From NCBI GenBank assembly GCA_963787835.1, contig CAWBEI010000003.1, positions 64,001 to 128,000 on the forward strand: 64,000 nt of DNA, written 5' to 3'. Under the pieces are notes generated by a model. The model was not told where the DNA came from. It did not search any database and saw only the letters and a list, made by a program, of their open reading frames with translations. The stretch is from Ignavibacteriota bacterium (GTDB lineage Bacteria > Bacteroidota > Ignavibacteria > Palsa-1295). Shown here one piece after another: positions 18,808 through 26,857 of this stretch. Position 1 is the first letter of the stretch. Each line of letters opens with the position of its first letter. The position numbers and the translations under genes were made by a program.

Positions 18808-19773
18808 TTACTGAGCCTCATCTGGAGTACCGCTATCCGGTATCTCCAGATCATTCTGTTCCTTCACCTCTTCCGTCGCTGACTTTTTTGCAACCTTTGG
18901 CTTCGTCGTCGCCGATTGTGGCTCACCTGCCTTTTTGCCTTCAGACGGCGCCTTCTTCTTCCCGGCGGGTGAAAGCACCATGGACATCATGCGGCCCATC
19001 ATGGACATATCCTGATCGACCTTGGCTATGTCCTCCATGCGAGCTTTGAAGTTGTTCAGCAATTCTTCGCCGAATTGCTTGTAGGTCACTTCGCGGCCTT
19101 TGAACTGGACATACGCTTTTACTTTGTGTCCTTCTTCGATGAAATTCCGCGCATGTCGCACCTTGAATTCGAAATCATGAGTATCCGTGTGCGGATGGAA
19201 GCGCACTTCCTTCAATAACTGCTGATGCGATGATTTCTTCGCAAGCTTCTCTCGCTTTTGTTGCTCATATTTCCATTTGCCGAATTCGATGATCTTGCAG
19301 ACCGGCGGTTTCGCATTCGGAACGATCTCGATCAGATCCATCTGCTTGGCGCGTGCGATCTCGATCGCTTCTTTGGGAGACATGACACCGACCATCTCTC
19401 CATCATTACCGATCACGCGAACTTCTGTTGCCCGGATCTGCTCGTTCATTCTAACGCCTGGATCGCGTGATGGAAGAACCCGGCTGAAGCGCTCCATGCG
19501 TTTGGATGCCTTCGGAGCACCAGTAGGAGCTCCACTTGGGCGCGGGGTCAGCGTGGCTGGGCGACTTGTGGCACCCCCTCCTTTCACTGGCTTGACGGAA
19601 GATTTATCAGATGGGCTGCGCTTTTTTAGCGTCATGCCACCAACATTGACTTGAGAGGGCGTCGCGGGAGCATGATCTGTTTTAGCTATTGTCTCAGTTG
19701 TATCGGCGGTCTCCGTAGTAACATCAATTAGCTCCTCATCAATTACGGAGGAAGTAGTATCGAAATTATTCAA
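18808..19773 (-). CDS. infC: Translation initiation factor IF-3 with long N- and C-terminal extensions (start uncertain)
   Basis: RMNEQIRATEVRVIG, DLIEIVPNAKPPVCKI, KEVRFHP, HKVKAYVQFKGRE. Lies directly downstream of thrS. Confidence 0.95.
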   Translation of the reverse strand: MNNFDTTSSVIDEELIDVTTETADTTETIAKTDHAPATPSQVNVGGMTLKKRSPSDKSSVKPVKGGGATSRPATLTPRPSGAPTGAPKASKRMERFSRVLPSRDPGVRMNEQIRATEVRVIGNDGEMVGVMSPKEAIEIARAKQMDLIEIVPNAKPPVCKIIEFGKWKYEQQKREKLAKKSSHQQLLKEVRFHPHTDTHDFEFKVRHARNFIEEGHKVKAYVQFKGREVTYKQFGEELLNNFKARMEDIAKVDQDMSMMGRMMSMVLSPAGKKKAPSEGKKAGEPQSATTKPKVAKKSATEEVKEQNDLEIPDSGTPDEAQ

Positions 19774-19888
19774 ATAGTGTATAGTTAGTTAAAAGCTGGA
19801 TTACCCGAATCTAATAATTAAAAGATTCAAAAAATCTGTTAATTACATCAGCGTAATTAAAAATAATCTGCGCAGTCCAGACTCAGAT

Positions 19889-21820
19889 TTATTCTGGAAT
19901 AGCACATTCATCTTTCAACATCGCTAATGCCTCATCCAATGAAACCGTTCCAACGTTGCCTTTCCCATGCCGGCGAACAGCTACCGACCGTGCCGATCGC
20001 TCCTTTTCACCGACCACCAGCATGACCGGAACCTTCATCATTTCGTGATCGCGGATACGTGCATTCACTTTATCGTGTGAGGCATCGATCTTCACCCGCG
20101 CGCCGATGTCTTCCAAAGCTTTCCGGACCTCTTCTGCATACGTTTCCTGTGCATCCGTGATGGGTAATACCACCACTTGCGTGGGCGCGAGCCATGTTGG
20201 AAAATTGCCGGCATAATGCTCGATCAGCAAGCTGCAAAACCGCTCGAACGTGCCGAATGGCGCACGATGAATAACCACAGGGCGATGCTTCTGCCCGTCG
20301 GCACCCGTGTATTCCAGATCGAACCGTTCGGGCATGACATAATCTACCTGAACGGTGCCAAGCTGCCACTCGCGGCCGATCGCATCCTTCAGCATGAAGT
20401 CGATCTTCGGACCATAAAATGCCGCTTCGCCGATTTCCACTTTGCTTTCCAAGTTCATGACTCGCGCCGCTTCGAGCACGTCCAGTTCGGCGCGTTCCCA
20501 TTGCTCATCGGAGCCGCCATATTTTGCTTTGTTATTCTTATCCCGGAACGAAAGCGATACTCGAAAACCCGTTAGCCCGACAACGCTTGAAACATGCTGC
20601 GTCAGTTTGATCACATCGCACAATTCTGCAAGTAATTGCTCCGGAGCGCAGAAAATATGCGCGTCATCCTGCGTCATGCCTCGCACGCGGCTAAGGCCTG
20701 TCAGCTCGCCGGATTGCTCGTAGCGATACACCGTACCGAACTCCGCAAGCCGCACTGGAAGATCGCGGTACGAGCGTGGCTTCGAGTTGTAGATCGTAAA
20801 GTGATGCGGGCAGTTCATCGGCTTCAGCAGATACGACTCCCCATCCTCCAACACGATCGGCGGAAATTGACTATCTTTGTAATACGGATAGTGGCCGCTC
20901 GTCTTATAGAGTTCCAAATTTCCAATGTGCGGCGAGATCACCTGCTCGTAACCATGCTTCCTGAGAACTTTCCTCAAAAATGCTTCGAGGGTTTGCCGAA
21001 GTGCTGCTCCATTCGGAAGCCACAGCGGAAGACCTCCACCAACTTTTGGCGAGATAAGAAAAAGCTCCAGCTCTTTCCCGATTTTTCGATGATCCCGCTT
21101 TTCTGCTTCTTCACGCTGAGTGATAAACTCATCGAGTTCCTTCTTTGTCGGAAAGCTGACGCCATAAACGCGGGTTAGCATGGGCCGCTTCTCATCGCCG
21201 CGCCAGTAGGCTCCGGCGATAGAAAGCAATTTCGGAAATTTGATCTTGCCCGTCGATGGCACATGTGTGCCTCGGCATAGATCCACGAAATTTCCTTGCT
21301 CGTAAAACGTGATGGGCTGACCCTGCAAGCCTTCCAGCAATTCGAGTTTCAGCCAATCTCCTTTCGCCTTGAAGTACTCGATGGCTTCATTGTACTCCTT
21401 CGGAATGCGCTTGTACGGCACATCCCGAGCGGCAAGCTCGTACATTTTCGCCTCGATCTTCACGAGATCGTCCGGAGTAAGCTTCTGCCCTTCCGGTAAT
21501 TCCATATCGTAGTACCAACCATTCGCAATGGGCGGACCGATTCCGAATCTGGTACCCGGAAAGATCGCCTCGACCGCCTCAGCCATCAAATGCGCTGATG
21601 AATGCCAGAAGATGCTCTTGCCATCTTCATCGCGCCACTGGACGATCCGCACTGCCGCATCATTTAGGATGGGCGTTGCCAGATCATAAGGGACATTATC
21701 GACAAAAATGCCAAGCGCAGCATCGGCAAGGCGTGGCGAGATCGAATGGGCGATCTCCATGCCGGTTGTGCCTTTCGGAAATTCTCTTACACTCCCATCC
21801 GGGAAGGTAATATGGATCAT
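19889..21820 (-). CDS. thrS: Threonine--tRNA ligase
   Basis: TGS domain, WHSSAHLMAEA, DLCRGTHV, RDHRKIG, KPMNCPHH, QDDAH, AAFYGPKID, HRAPFG. Confidence 0.98.
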   Translation of the reverse strand: MIHITFPDGSVREFPKGTTGMEIAHSISPRLADAALGIFVDNVPYDLATPILNDAAVRIVQWRDEDGKSIFWHSSAHLMAEAVEAIFPGTRFGIGPPIANGWYYDMELPEGQKLTPDDLVKIEAKMYELAARDVPYKRIPKEYNEAIEYFKAKGDWLKLELLEGLQGQPITFYEQGNFVDLCRGTHVPSTGKIKFPKLLSIAGAYWRGDEKRPMLTRVYGVSFPTKKELDEFITQREEAEKRDHRKIGKELELFLISPKVGGGLPLWLPNGAALRQTLEAFLRKVLRKHGYEQVISPHIGNLELYKTSGHYPYYKDSQFPPIVLEDGESYLLKPMNCPHHFTIYNSKPRSYRDLPVRLAEFGTVYRYEQSGELTGLSRVRGMTQDDAHIFCAPEQLLAELCDVIKLTQHVSSVVGLTGFRVSLSFRDKNNKAKYGGSDEQWERAELDVLEAARVMNLESKVEIGEAAFYGPKIDFMLKDAIGREWQLGTVQVDYVMPERFDLEYTGADGQKHRPVVIHRAPFGTFERFCSLLIEHYAGNFPTWLAPTQVVVLPITDAQETYAEEVRKALEDIGARVKIDASHDKVNARIRDHEMMKVPVMLVVGEKERSARSVAVRRHGKGNVGTVSLDEALAMLKDECAIPE

Positions 21821-21892
21821 TGGTTGCTAAATCTTTCTGAAAAATGAAATTGGAAGTCTCACAACAGAAGCCGGGCAGCAACGTTTCCCGAC

Positions 21893-21931
21893 CCATCCCA
21901 TGCATCCTATTCATCCCATAAATCCAGGTTC
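21893..21931. repeat. Short dispersed repeat CATCCTATTCATCCCATAAATCCAGGTTC family
   Basis: Near-identical copy at 22275-22316. Inverted or diverged copies at 22214-22254, about 22980-23005 and about 31244-31284. Confidence 0.75.
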
Positions 21932-21944
21932 TCGCTTTCCCCCG

Positions 21945-22127
21945 GAAATAGGTGCCATTTTTCTTTCTTTCGAGTTCCCGATGACCCCTCGTTTCCAAGC
22001 TGATTTCGCCATTTCTTGAAAAAGTTATCCACAAAACATTTTCATGGAGAACTCGTTCATAGCGAAAACTACCGCAATTGTCAATGAACATGGCACCAAC
22101 ACTATTCTTAAAGACACTGGTGCCTAT
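21945..22127. repeat. ~200-nt structured element, copy E1 (candidate ncRNA or MITE)
   Basis: Aligns by eye with 38507-38723. Both begin GAAATAGGTGCCAT, end TGGTGCCTAT, and share GAGTTCCCGA, TCGTTTCCA, ATTTCGCCA, GAGAACTCGTTCATA and TCAATGA. Confidence 0.75.
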
Positions 22128-22140
22128 CATAGCACACCAC

Positions 22141-22169
22141 AATATACGGCGGGAATTTCCAGAAGTCAA
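22141..22169 (-). promoter_or_regulatory. Putative sigma70-type promoter for the thrS operon
   Basis: Minus strand TTGACT (22169-22164), 17-nt spacer, TATATT (22146-22141), pointing through E1 toward thrS. Confidence 0.55.
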
Positions 22170-22213
22170 GCGATTTCTGAAAATAATCGAAAATAATTGC
22201 TCGTGTAGTCATT

Positions 22214-22316
22214 GTCTGAACCGGGATTTTTTGGATGGATGAGATTTTTGAGATAGATTGGAAGGATACAAAACCATCCCATACATCCTATTCATCCCAT
22301 TAATCCAGGTTCTGAC
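22214..22316. repeat. Inverted pair of the CATCC/GGATG repeat family forming an imperfect hairpin
   Basis: GTCTGAACCGGGATT at the left end pairs with AATCCAGGTTCTGAC at the right end. Confidence 0.7.
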
Positions 22317-22335
22317 TTCCCCGAACCCACTTACC

Positions 22336-22830
22336 TCACCGGTTGATCTCCACGAGCAAGATCCACGAATTCATCAGGCCAACGACAAAGCAGACCATCG
22401 ATCCGGCGGCGAGAAGGCTAAGCGCTGGCCTTAGCTCTTGACCGAAGCATGGAAGCATCGCAATACCGGCTGCGACAAAAGGCAGCGTCGCGCACTGCTT
22501 GAAGGCGAAGGCAAGGCGCGTCCAGTGGAGGTATTGCGATGGAACCTTCTTGCGTCCCGCGATACTCGGATACGAGGTGAGCACCCACGCGGCGATGCTC
22601 GCGGCAAGTATTTCGAGCGACATCATGAGCCTGCTTTGGCCCGGAATAAGCATCAGGCACGAAATGAGCAGCACCAGCGCAAGCACAACGATCGCATCCA
22701 ATGCCCGCTGCGGAAGATGTGGATAGCTCATGATCTTCGCCAGATTGATCGAGATCCCTACGAAGACCAATCCCGCCAGCGCCGCCGACGCGCCCGCCTC
22801 CGCCATAAAAAAATTACCCCATTCCTGCAT
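22336..22830 (-). CDS. Multi-pass membrane protein (about 5 TM), conserved-hypothetical type
   Basis: WGNFFMAEAGASAALAGLVFVGISINL...NSWILLVEINR with several hydrophobic helices. Confidence 0.8.
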   Translation of the reverse strand: MQEWGNFFMAEAGASAALAGLVFVGISINLAKIMSYPHLPQRALDAIVVLALVLLISCLMLIPGQSRLMMSLEILAASIAAWVLTSYPSIAGRKKVPSQYLHWTRLAFAFKQCATLPFVAAGIAMLPCFGQELRPALSLLAAGSMVCFVVGLMNSWILLVEINR

Positions 22831-23030
22831 GTTCGATGTGTGTATCTATAAAGTGAACTTCGTTCACCTAAGCAATGATCGGATGAACCCTATCGTACAA
22901 AAATACGAATCCGAAAGGATGCTACGGAGGTAAGCACTTAACGTGGCAATGTCAAGAGACTGCGAGTAATAATCGTTTGAAACTGGATTTATGGGATGAA
23001 TGGGAGATTAGCGATAGGAGGCCGGAGTTG

Positions 23031-23552
23031 CTAAGCCAATTGTTTTAAATTTGAATTTATTGTGGCAAATACACCATGAGAAGGTACAAATTCTCCCGTG
23101 CATGAATACTCAAACCGCTTTTTATCCATTGTCGTCCACCGGATTTGAACCCCCACAAACAATTTTACTTCGCCACTAAGAATGGCTTTAATGTAAATGC
23201 CTTCTAACGGCCATGTTTGTGCCTTCCGCATCCCTGGAGGTAAAATTGGATCCTTATCTAATCCCCTAAGTTGTAGCTTAGAGAGCTCATCGGAAAAATC
23301 TGACCGTATTTCCACATTTGTTGCAACTGTTTTCCCATAATTCTTGAAGATAAAATTAAGGGTACCCGCACCTGTCGCTTCAGTCCATCCAATCCTCATT
23401 CGCGTGACGATTATGATTGCGCGATTAAGATTAATGAGGTCACGCTGAGTTCTTAGAGCGGAAATCCACAATGCAAGCGTAGCAATTACAAGACCAGCGG
23501 TGAATATAGCCGTCCATCCGGCAGCATCGAGGCAAAGAAGCATCTTAGTCAC
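23031..23552 (-). CDS. Hypothetical protein: N-terminal membrane anchor plus beta-rich (Ig-like) domain
   Basis: WTAIFTAGLVIATLALW anchor, FKNYGKTVATNV motif. Overlaps the stop of the upstream gene. AT-rich codon usage. Confidence 0.7.
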   Translation of the reverse strand: MTKMLLCLDAAGWTAIFTAGLVIATLALWISALRTQRDLINLNRAIIIVTRMRIGWTEATGAGTLNFIFKNYGKTVATNVEIRSDFSDELSKLQLRGLDKDPILPPGMRKAQTWPLEGIYIKAILSGEVKLFVGVQIRWTTMDKKRFEYSCTGEFVPSHGVFATINSNLKQLA

Positions 23553-25560
23553 TAATTTTATTTGGTGGAACAGTTTCTTCGTTGGATTTTACGTCCCCAA
23601 TTTCATCAAAGTTTGCCACAACATGAATTAAGCGGTTTGCTTGCTTATCGAGCCGTAGGTCTTTAACATATAGGATCAAATTGAAAGGAATTCCTGGCTC
23701 AACCCATCGCGGTTCAACAAGTTTTCTAATGTCATAATCCATCGAATATTGTAATGTATCACCGTTGTCATTTTTAATCGAAAGTCCTTGAAAGAGAAGG
23801 GCACTGATCTCTTGAGGATTGCGAATTTTGATTCTTATTCTACCGAACGGAAATACTTCCCCTAAATTTAACCGTAATAGATCGATTTGAGGCGGATTGC
23901 TCGTTTGTCCAACGATTCGAGGCCGCGTTCTCGATTGCGACGTTATGTCTTTGAATGAAACATCAGAGAGCTTCCAGCCTTTTGCCTCATCGAAATTCCT
24001 CACCTGCTCATAGGCGCGCGTTATTGGATAAACATATGCTTCGAAAGATGAGCGATAGAAGTCATTAATATCCGTGAATAATTCCTTCGCTTCGCCGTCC
24101 AATGATTCTTTATTCAACAGTTCCCATTTGACTTGCCCTAAACTTCGAAAAACCCGTTTGAATTCGATTAGTTGCGCGTTATGATTCATCAGCATGAGTC
24201 CTGTCATTCCATTGCGGAGATCGTGGACAATATATTGTAGTCCCGCTTGCCCTAGTAATACGTCAGCGTGCCCATCCGTATATTGCACTCGCACTGTTAC
24301 TTCTCGATAGCGTCGTTCTATCTCCGCAAAATCTGCCCTGAGTGCAGATGCAGACTTTACAGGGTAAGCCTCCACAGTTCGCTCCGCTGTCCTCTCTGTG
24401 CTAGTCTGCAACAATTTTCCTTCCTCTTCATGCTTTCGAAACTCCGAATGCTTCAATTCGAGGTATCCCAAAAACACCCCCTCATTTCCAGACGATTTTT
24501 CACTTAGGCGGGGACGGAAATAGTCAAGTAACGTTTCGACGTAAATCCTTTTAGCCGTCACGCCTATTCGCTCTTTTAGCTGAGCCTCGACATTCTGCTT
24601 TGCCTGATCTAATAAAAGCTGATTGTACAGCCCCTTACCGATGAATTTCAGGAAGTCCATCAAATCGGAATCGACACCTGTCTCATTTTGCTTCTCCGGC
24701 TCAATCGGAGGGGCGACTTCGGTTGATATAGGCTTTTTGCCGGTTTCTTTTTCAAATACTTTAGTGTAATGTTCGTGCCTTGTGCGGATAAGATTTTCCA
24801 TTGTTTCTTTCGAATGGAAGAAGTGTGGATCAGTTCGCCAAGCGGCATCTTCATGCATGAAGTTCTCTATAACGACCAACTTTTCTGCGGTGTTTGATGA
24901 GTTTCTAATTTGCAGATCTAATTCCCCGGCCCAGTAAAGATATCGTTTTCCACCAACATCCGCCTTTGCGGCTTCTTCTCGTCTCAGCGCAGCTTGCTGG
25001 GCTTGTTCGAATAAAGCAACCATCTCTGGCGTGGAAGCTGGGCCATCCAGTGTTCGATTCGTTCGCATTGATGTCCATTTTCGAACGTTTGTGAATGGAT
25101 AATATACAGAGTGGTCAGACCTTCTTACCTCATCATTTAATTTAACATATGTTCCCATAATTCGATCCAACATACCTGAGGGATCAATGCACTCTACATC
25201 TTTGATAATTTCGCCATCTAAGGGACGCTCGAATCCGTCACTAATTATTGGGATTTTTGCCGTGACCTCTTGCTGTCGAATGTTTGATTTTTGCCGTTCT
25301 ATCAAACTGTCAATTGTCTCATCACGATAAAGCCAATTTAGTATGTTTCTCGTGGTCCGTTTATAGAGTCGAACACAAAAGCTCCAAATCAGCTTAAAAA
25401 AATTTTTCTTGAATACCGGCCCCAGAAAACCAAGAATCACAATGAGGGCTGCAATGCCTTCAAGCCAACGAATATCAATTCCGAAAATAAAATAAGTCGT
25501 TTCGCCCAACAAAAAGGGAAAGGATAACTTAATAACAGCGAAAAGAAAAAGCATTATCAT
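23545..25560 (-). CDS. Large hypothetical protein (671 aa) with N-terminal TM helices
   Basis: Long uninterrupted ORF in AT-richer DNA, hydrophobic first ~60 aa, internal VHDLRNGMTGL segment. Confidence 0.7.
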   Translation of the reverse strand: MIMLFLFAVIKLSFPFLLGETTYFIFGIDIRWLEGIAALIVILGFLGPVFKKNFFKLIWSFCVRLYKRTTRNILNWLYRDETIDSLIERQKSNIRQQEVTAKIPIISDGFERPLDGEIIKDVECIDPSGMLDRIMGTYVKLNDEVRRSDHSVYYPFTNVRKWTSMRTNRTLDGPASTPEMVALFEQAQQAALRREEAAKADVGGKRYLYWAGELDLQIRNSSNTAEKLVVIENFMHEDAAWRTDPHFFHSKETMENLIRTRHEHYTKVFEKETGKKPISTEVAPPIEPEKQNETGVDSDLMDFLKFIGKGLYNQLLLDQAKQNVEAQLKERIGVTAKRIYVETLLDYFRPRLSEKSSGNEGVFLGYLELKHSEFRKHEEEGKLLQTSTERTAERTVEAYPVKSASALRADFAEIERRYREVTVRVQYTDGHADVLLGQAGLQYIVHDLRNGMTGLMLMNHNAQLIEFKRVFRSLGQVKWELLNKESLDGEAKELFTDINDFYRSSFEAYVYPITRAYEQVRNFDEAKGWKLSDVSFKDITSQSRTRPRIVGQTSNPPQIDLLRLNLGEVFPFGRIRIKIRNPQEISALLFQGLSIKNDNGDTLQYSMDYDIRKLVEPRWVEPGIPFNLILYVKDLRLDKQANRLIHVVANFDEIGDVKSNEETVPPNKISD

Positions 25561-25564
25561 TCAA

Positions 25565-25733
25565 GCAAAATTACGGACTTTTAAGCCCTCATTGGCAGGA
25601 AAATCTCAACAACAAACGAGAAGTAGGAAAAATCAAACTTCCCTCCCCGTTTTTCGTCGTGCGGTTTGGAACTATACCGCCGTCAACTCTGGCACGTGCT
25701 CGCCCAAGTATTTTTCTGTTTTAGGGTTCCAAT
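25565..25733. repeat. Direct repeat R1, upstream of the orphan gene pair
   Basis: 33-nt block 25662-25694 is identical to 26470-26502, and 20-nt block 25702-25721 is identical to 26510-26529. Confidence 0.85.
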
Positions 25734-25778
25734 AACCTCCATAAGTGAGGCGAGCGGGTGTGCGGCAATACTAATGCT

Positions 25779-26063
25779 TTACAACCGCGCGGAAGGATTT
25801 GCACGAAGATCGCTCAGGCCTTGGTGAATAAGCAGTCCAATGGTTTCGGCAAGGGATTTTCTTCGTTTAGCGGCAAGTTCGCTGAGCTGCGAGAACTCAT
25901 CGTCACGAATCGCCACCGGTATGACATGCCCGGCCCGGTGAAGATTGGGCATTTCCACTTTGCTCGCATCGACATGATCGGAGGTGTCATGCGTTAGCAT
26001 CCACTGCGCAACTTCTTCTTCACTCTGCCCTTGCGGCATTTTCTTCGTTGATCGGTTTTCCAT
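25779..26063 (-). CDS. BrnA/CopG-like antitoxin
   Basis: KMPQGQSEEEVAQWMLTHDTSDHVD N-terminus and a ribbon-helix-helix-like C-terminus. Overlaps the 3' end of the toxin gene. Confidence 0.75.
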   Translation of the reverse strand: MENRSTKKMPQGQSEEEVAQWMLTHDTSDHVDASKVEMPNLHRAGHVIPVAIRDDEFSQLSELAAKRRKSLAETIGLLIHQGLSDLRANPSARL

Positions 26064-26343
26064 ATTTTTTCTGTTCTCGTTCGTTTGCCCTGCGCGCAGA
26101 GATCGGCCTGATCTCATCGTATCGCATCGTAAAACTCACTAACAAGTATTTTCCAAAATTGTTTTTGCCATACGCATAATAGCGTTCCTCCACTTCGGAG
26201 TGCATGTCATCCGGATAGATTCGGAGATCGGGATCCCAGAAGACCTTCTCGCACTCTTCGCACGAAATCCCATGCTCGCGGCGGTTCTTGTCGCGGTTAC
26301 CATCATCCCATTGGAAGCGAGGAGGCCATGGAAGTTTTATCAC
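26020..26343 (-). CDS. BrnT family ribonuclease toxin
   Basis: FQWDDGNRDKNRREHGISCEECEKVF, HSEVEERYYAYG, VSFTMR, IRPISARRAN. Confidence 0.88.
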   Translation of the reverse strand: MIKLPWPPRFQWDDGNRDKNRREHGISCEECEKVFWDPDLRIYPDDMHSEVEERYYAYGKNNFGKYLLVSFTMRYDEIRPISARRANEREQKKYGKPINEENAARAE

Positions 26344-26397
26344 GCCGAGAATAGCGAACGATTAGTCAAAATAAGCTCCTCATATTTAAATCTCTAT

Positions 26398-26541
26398 GCA
26401 AGAATACACCTTTGCCCTCAAAATGATTCTCCCACAAAAACCCCAACTTTCCAGCCCATTTTCGTCGCACGGTTTGGAACTATACCGCCGTCAACTCTGG
26501 CATAAGCTGGCCCAAGTATTTTTCTGTTTCAGTGTGCCAAT
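26398..26541. repeat. Direct repeat R2, upstream of the BrnT/BrnA pair
   Basis: Homologous to R1 at an offset of 808 nt in the identical core blocks. Confidence 0.85.
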
Positions 26542-26561
26542 CAGTTCCATCCGCGTGCTCG

Positions 26562-26654
26562 CACTCCCTCTCCCCACGTAGTGGGGAGAGGGACATTCCG
26601 TCGCAGACGGAATCGGGTGAGGGGGCGTCGCAGACGGAATCGGGTGAGGGAGTG
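26562..26654. repeat. REP-like palindrome (CCCTCTCCCC...GGGGAGAGGG...GGGTGAGGG) with internal tandem duplication
   Basis: Hairpin CCCTCTCCCCAC/GTGGGGAGAGGG. CGTCGCAGACGGAATCGGGTGAGGG occurs at 26599-26623 and 26626-26650. Confidence 0.8.
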
Positions 26655-26857
26655 CACCAACAGCGCCGTAAGCTCTCTCGGGCTGGAAGCACCGACCTAC
26701 GCGGGAAATCTGGAAATGAGATGTTATTCATGTAGAAAAATTCGGGACTTTCTTGACCCGCGCCGGATGTTAAGGAGCGTCTAAAAACGGAGTTGCATCC
26801 GTTTTAGGCCGTCAAAAACCCTAGTCAAAATCATTTTTCTCACCTACCCGGTAAGGA

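Noticed and set aside
22025-22033. DnaA box as a sign of oriC
   Set aside because: A single box, not conserved in copy E2, with no box cluster and no dnaA/dnaN context
21821-22140. T-box riboswitch upstream of thrS
   Set aside because: No T-box consensus (TGGNACCGCG) with a terminator/antiterminator, and the leader element has a homolog at an unrelated locus
21696-22169. 157-aa ORF upstream of thrS
   Set aside because: It runs across non-coding repeats, overlaps thrS out of frame, and the frame is not preserved in E2
25662-26502. Identical 33-nt repeats as a CRISPR array
   Set aside because: Only two copies, 808 nt apart with genes between them, and no cas genes in the window
25660-26545. 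R1/R2 as a DGR template/variable repeat pair
   Set aside because: The mismatches are not restricted to adenines on either strand, and no reverse transcriptase is present
26480-26784. Short ORFs with duplicated peptides (PSPDSVCD, SQTESGEG)
   Set aside because: They arise from the duplicated REP-like DNA rather than from an evident gene
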